Of a DNA stretch of 64,000 bases, positions 60,155 through 64,000 are shown piece after piece; within the stretch, counting starts at the first letter, position 1, and each line of letters begins with the position of its first letter. A model generated the notes under the pieces. The model was not told the origin of the DNA, did not search any database, and saw nothing but the letters and a program-made list of their open reading frames with translations. The stretch is from an uncultured delta proteobacterium (GTDB taxonomy: Bacteria > Desulfobacterota > Desulfomonilia > Desulfomonilales > Desulfomonilaceae), in contig CAWBKB010000007.1 in NCBI GenBank assembly GCA_963789265.1, forward strand, positions 64,001-128,000. Reading direction: 5' to 3'. The position numbers were made by a program, and so were the translations under genes.

Positions 60155-60430
60155 ATGGTTGTTACGGGGAACGGCGATAGTCCGAGGGAGAACAACGCGC
60201 GACTTTCCGAGATGGTTCAGCGCGAGCTTGAAGCGCTGACTTTTCGAAAGGAAAGGTACGATTTTACTTATCCTGACCACGTCAAAAATCTCGCTAAGTC
60301 GGAAATGAGGCAAATCTCTCGAGAGAAGGTCATCGAAGAGCTTTGTATGCTTCCCAATTGCCCGGAAGAATGTCCCGACTTTGGAGAATGCCGCGAAAAC
60401 CCTGACAAATGCGGATATATGGGGCGGTGA
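60155..60430 (+). CDS. Small hypothetical protein with a Cys-rich C-terminus
   Basis: ORF with five Cys near its end; co-oriented upstream of the portal gene. Confidence 0.5.
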   Translation: MVVTGNGDSPRENNARLSEMVQRELEALTFRKERYDFTYPDHVKNLAKSEMRQISREKVIEELCMLPNCPEECPDFGECRENPDKCGYMGR

Positions 60431-60556
60431 ATTCGGACCGAGATGTGGCCTCCTGATTCTCGGCCCAGAGGGGTTCTCACATTTTGACAAATTCCCACTC
60501 ACTAACCGATGGCCAGGGCGCCTGACACTGGTCACGCAGGCGTTTAGTTTGCGATT

Positions 60557-60703
60557 CGTCACCCCGGACTCCGATCCGGGGTCCAGTCTGGATTCCCGCG
60601 TACGCGAGAATGACGACCTCTTACTTGCCCTACAAAATCGGGGGCAAATAGTCTGGATTCCCGCGTACGCGAGAATGACGACGGGCAGGATGCCCGTCTC
60701 CAC
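60557..60703. repeat. Mosaic REP cluster upstream of the portal gene
   Basis: CGTCACCCCGGACTCCGATCCGGGGTCCAG, two copies of CTGGATTCCCGCGTACGCGAGAATGACG, and a GTGG-type hairpin. Confidence 0.78.
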
Positions 60704-60782
60704 CAACCGAATCGCAATATCGCCGGCCACTTCTTCGGTCGCTATAGACGAGAAAATGCATCACAGATGAGGAATGACATAA

Positions 60783-62915
60783 ATGGATGATTCGACCCGA
60801 ATCGTTGCCGATCCCAAAGATGAAACCAGTCCAAGTATGCTCAGCGATATGGAAACGGCGGCCGATCCGTCGGGGAGATCTCTGGCGCCTCAGCCGATCC
60901 CATCCAAGGAATTCCAGGAGCAGGCATTCAAATATGTGAGCCAATGGTGCAAGGCGGCCCGAGACTTCGTCAACAGGAAGGTCGAACGATGGAAGCTGCT
61001 GGAAGATCTGTATCACAACCGGCGGGAACTAAATTCCTGGTCAACCCGTTCGGATTCGATAGGCTCGCAGGGCCTGGCGGGGCTCAGGAAACAGTCCGGT
61101 TCGGCGAAAGACCGATGGCAGGCGGATATCATTCTGGCTCCCTCGTACATCGTGGATTCATGGGCGGACAGAGCCTATCAGTCAATCTTCAGCGGCCCTG
61201 AATGGCTGACCGTAATTCCCGAAAACCCTCAAGGGCCTACTACCGAGGATCTGCAATTCCCGACGTCATACAAGCTCCAGGAGCTACTTCTTGCGCGACT
61301 GGCCGAGGGCCAGATCCACGTGAGGCTCTATGAGATACTCCAACACCTGGTCCTATTCGGCTCCGTGTACGCCAAGATATTCTGGTACTCCAAGGGCGTG
61401 ACCCGACATCGGTGGGATTACGAAACCCTTGATGTTATCGAAGATGAAGAAAAGATCTATGATTGCCCCATCGTCCAGGTTATTCCTCTCGACCGAATCC
61501 TGCCGGACTGGACCGCGACCCACAGCGATGTGCAAAGGCATAGCGGAATCGGGCATCGTATTGATAAACCGTATGACCACGTAATCGAGCAGTTCGAACG
61601 GGGCGTATACAATCTTAACCGTGAAGAGTTTGTGACTCGCTGGGAAGACGTGCCCACTGCTACAACAACGGAGGATGACACTCTCCTCCATGATCCTGAT
61701 AGCGACGATCTCGACACCGATGAGATAAGGAAGGTCACTATCTGGGAATGGCACGGCCGGATTCCCACGGACAAAGGCCACAAAGAGTGCCTGTGTACCA
61801 TCATAACCGACAAAGGGGCCGATTCTCCGGAAAATGGGCTCCTCGTGCGTCTCACGGATACGCCGGTACTCTGGTCGGGACTAAGGCCGTTTCTCGCGGC
61901 GCATTACACGCCTCTTCCCGGGCCTCTCGGCATGGGGGCCGTGGAAAGCAACCTCGATCTCATTCACTCCATCTCGCAGTTCATAAGCCAATCCCAGGAC
62001 AATGCCAGACTGACGGCCAACGCTCAGCTTATCGTCCGCCGCGGCTCTTCAGCGGCCAGGCAGATCGGGACCGATTCGGATGTGGTCTACCCGGGAAAGA
62101 TATGGACCGTTGACGAACCGGGCGACATTCAACCCTTCCCGCCCCTGAACTTCCCTCAGCAGGAAGTGAACAGCCTGATTAATTACCTGAACGGTCTTCT
62201 GGAACGGCGCACCACAGTTTCGGATATGGCCCTGGGCGCGGGTGGCGCTTCAAAGACCGCGACAGAGGCTCACATTCTCCAGGAATCCGCCATCAATCCC
62301 TTTACTACCAGAACAGACCTGTTCGCTAGGAGTTTCCTGGAGCCGCTCGGTAGACTTGCCCTCTCGATGCTGCAACAGTTTCTGTTGGAGGATCAGACGA
62401 TCGCGGTACGCGATTTTAGCGGCCTGGACGTCCCTGTGACGGTTACCACCGAAGAGATACAGACAGGGCGCTATAGAGTAGTTGCTACCCTAACTCGGCA
62501 GGATTCAACAAGGCTCGCAAAGGCCCAGAGCATCGAGCGAGTCCTTCCTATTCTCGCGCAATTCCAGTCGATACTTGCAGGTGAAGGCGTACAGATCTCT
62601 TTTTCCGAGATCATAAAGCGCTACCTGGATCTCCTTGGGGTGGACGGTGCCGAACGTGTCCTGAGCCGGATACATCCTCTTCAAGGCGCCCCGCCGGGTG
62701 GAATGGCGATCCAAGACGCGGCGGAAAGCGGTCTGTCGCGGTTTCGTCCCCGCGGCGATCCGACTTTATCGGACAATGTTACAACCGGCCGGGAATCGCC
62801 CACTCCTCTCGTGAGGCACGGCGGACCGATGGGGCCTGAACCTACCGATGCTAATGCGCTGGCCCAATTTCTTCAGATTCAGGCGAATCAACCAACTCAG
62901 CAGGGGAGCTTATGA
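60783..62915 (+). CDS. Phage portal protein-like (P22/podovirus type)
   Basis: 710 aa; LFGSVYAKIFW, RILPD, TIWEWHG, RPF...Y.P.PG..GMG, PGKIW, KTATEA pattern; Q/P-rich tail. Confidence 0.78.
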   Translation: MDDSTRIVADPKDETSPSMLSDMETAADPSGRSLAPQPIPSKEFQEQAFKYVSQWCKAARDFVNRKVERWKLLEDLYHNRRELNSWSTRSDSIGSQGLAGLRKQSGSAKDRWQADIILAPSYIVDSWADRAYQSIFSGPEWLTVIPENPQGPTTEDLQFPTSYKLQELLLARLAEGQIHVRLYEILQHLVLFGSVYAKIFWYSKGVTRHRWDYETLDVIEDEEKIYDCPIVQVIPLDRILPDWTATHSDVQRHSGIGHRIDKPYDHVIEQFERGVYNLNREEFVTRWEDVPTATTTEDDTLLHDPDSDDLDTDEIRKVTIWEWHGRIPTDKGHKECLCTIITDKGADSPENGLLVRLTDTPVLWSGLRPFLAAHYTPLPGPLGMGAVESNLDLIHSISQFISQSQDNARLTANAQLIVRRGSSAARQIGTDSDVVYPGKIWTVDEPGDIQPFPPLNFPQQEVNSLINYLNGLLERRTTVSDMALGAGGASKTATEAHILQESAINPFTTRTDLFARSFLEPLGRLALSMLQQFLLEDQTIAVRDFSGLDVPVTVTTEEIQTGRYRVVATLTRQDSTRLAKAQSIERVLPILAQFQSILAGEGVQISFSEIIKRYLDLLGVDGAERVLSRIHPLQGAPPGGMAIQDAAESGLSRFRPRGDPTLSDNVTTGRESPTPLVRHGGPMGPEPTDANALAQFLQIQANQPTQQGSL

Positions 62916-63196
62916 CCATGTTTTACAAGGAATATTTGCTGTTTCGCGACGGCTGGGACGAGGATTCGGAGAAAGAGATCGAGGAGAGCCTGGTTCATTG
63001 CGCAATGACCCCGACGTGGCAAAGCCAGTTCCTCCCTGCGTTCGTGGAACTGCTTAAACGAGAGCAATTTATCAAAATTATGGAATGCCTCGACAAAGAC
63101 AAGAACCTCGAATTCAACCGCGGCTTCGTCGCGGGAATCGATCTGGTCTTAAACAGGCTGGACCGCATCTATATCAAGGCCCGGCCCCGGAATTAG
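62912..63196 (+). CDS. Small hypothetical protein coupled to the portal gene
   Basis: ATGA overlap; GGGGAG RBS; helical, ending FNRGFVAGIDLVL. Confidence 0.7.
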   Translation: MTMFYKEYLLFRDGWDEDSEKEIEESLVHCAMTPTWQSQFLPAFVELLKREQFIKIMECLDKDKNLEFNRGFVAGIDLVLNRLDRIYIKARPRN

Positions 63197-63218
63197 CGGG
63201 AGACCGGCAGGAGGAAGC

Positions 63219-64000
63219 GTGAACCTCGAGGAGTTATCTCTGGATGAAAAGCCTTTCGAGACTCGAACGAATCCGGATGAATATGACGAGGCTCTCGATG
63301 ATGGGCAGGAACTCGACGATCTCTCGCGGTCAAACGACGGTGATGACGGTGGAGCGCAAGAGCCTACTGATTCGGAAAAGATTGAAGACAAGTTCTCTTC
63401 TCCGGAAGAGCTTATGGCCGCGTACAGGACAACGGAAAGCCGGTAGCTGGAGAAGGCCGGCGAAGCTGACGAGTACCGCCGCATGCTCGATCAGATGGGG
63501 CACAACGCCAGTGTGCTTCTTCGCCGTGCGGACGAGGATGCCTTCATACACGACATGCGTGAATCGTTCCAAAAGGACCCGGTGGCTACAACAGCCATGA
63601 TGATCAAGAAGTTTCAGGAAGGATCCCTGCACGACATCGAAGCCAGGATCGCCGGGACCGTTCGAGATCAAGAGAATTTCAGGAGCCTTTTCGACGACTT
63701 CTTGAATGACCCGGTGAATTCTCGCTTGAAACCCTACGAGCAGGAATTGGAGTTTCTTATTCGGGATAAAGGGCTCTTCCCGGATGAAGCCGCAAACTTG
63801 TTAAGGAGCGTCGAGAAGAAACGAGAGCTGGCGACAAAACGGAGATCCGCTGCAGCCAATGAGGTGAGAAACCGGGCTGCGGTCGAAAGTGGAGGCGAAA
63901 TCAACGAGCCGGTGGACAACGACAAGGATTTCTACCGCCGGATGAAAAAAGCCAAGACTCTGGACGAAATGTTCGCAGCACTGCGTAAGACAAAGTTCTA
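63219..64000 (+). CDS. Putative capsid scaffolding protein with an in-frame TAG at 63444-63446 (reaches window end)
   Basis: AGGAGG RBS and GTG start; acidic N-terminus, KFSSPEELMAAY; same frame stays open from 63447 to 63998. Confidence 0.6.

Overview
A 64-kb bacterial chromosomal segment. The gene content suggests an anaerobic deltaproteobacterium, possibly Desulfomonile-like (inference only). Backbone genes: hisF/hisA, an SDR with two acyl-CoA dehydrogenases, malQ, apgM, folC, lptD and a sugar ABC transporter. Accessory genes: two tandem STAND ATPase-TPR proteins with catalytically degenerate cyclase domains, five toxin-antitoxin pairs, an orphan emfourin, a quinol-dependent NO reductase, an AHH-nuclease/immunity pair, a kinase-WD40 protein and the start of a phage-type portal/scaffold module. 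Most notable: (1) ~41.8-48.0 kb, where unrelated co-oriented genes alternate with copies of an 85-bp GGGGTC...GACCCC hairpin repeat, like a cassette array; (2) a complete IS1111-group IS110 element inserted precisely into one of those repeats, whose 3' non-coding region shows readable target- and donor-matching bridge/seekRNA loops and a duplicated target-like loop; (3) a sigma-54-type sRNA candidate complementary to the shared RBS/start region of two neighbouring Pro/Cys-rich secreted proteins; (4) TGA-duplicating MITEs that rewire gene starts. About a dozen small frameshifts, one in lptD, point to assembly indel errors rather than true pseudogenes.
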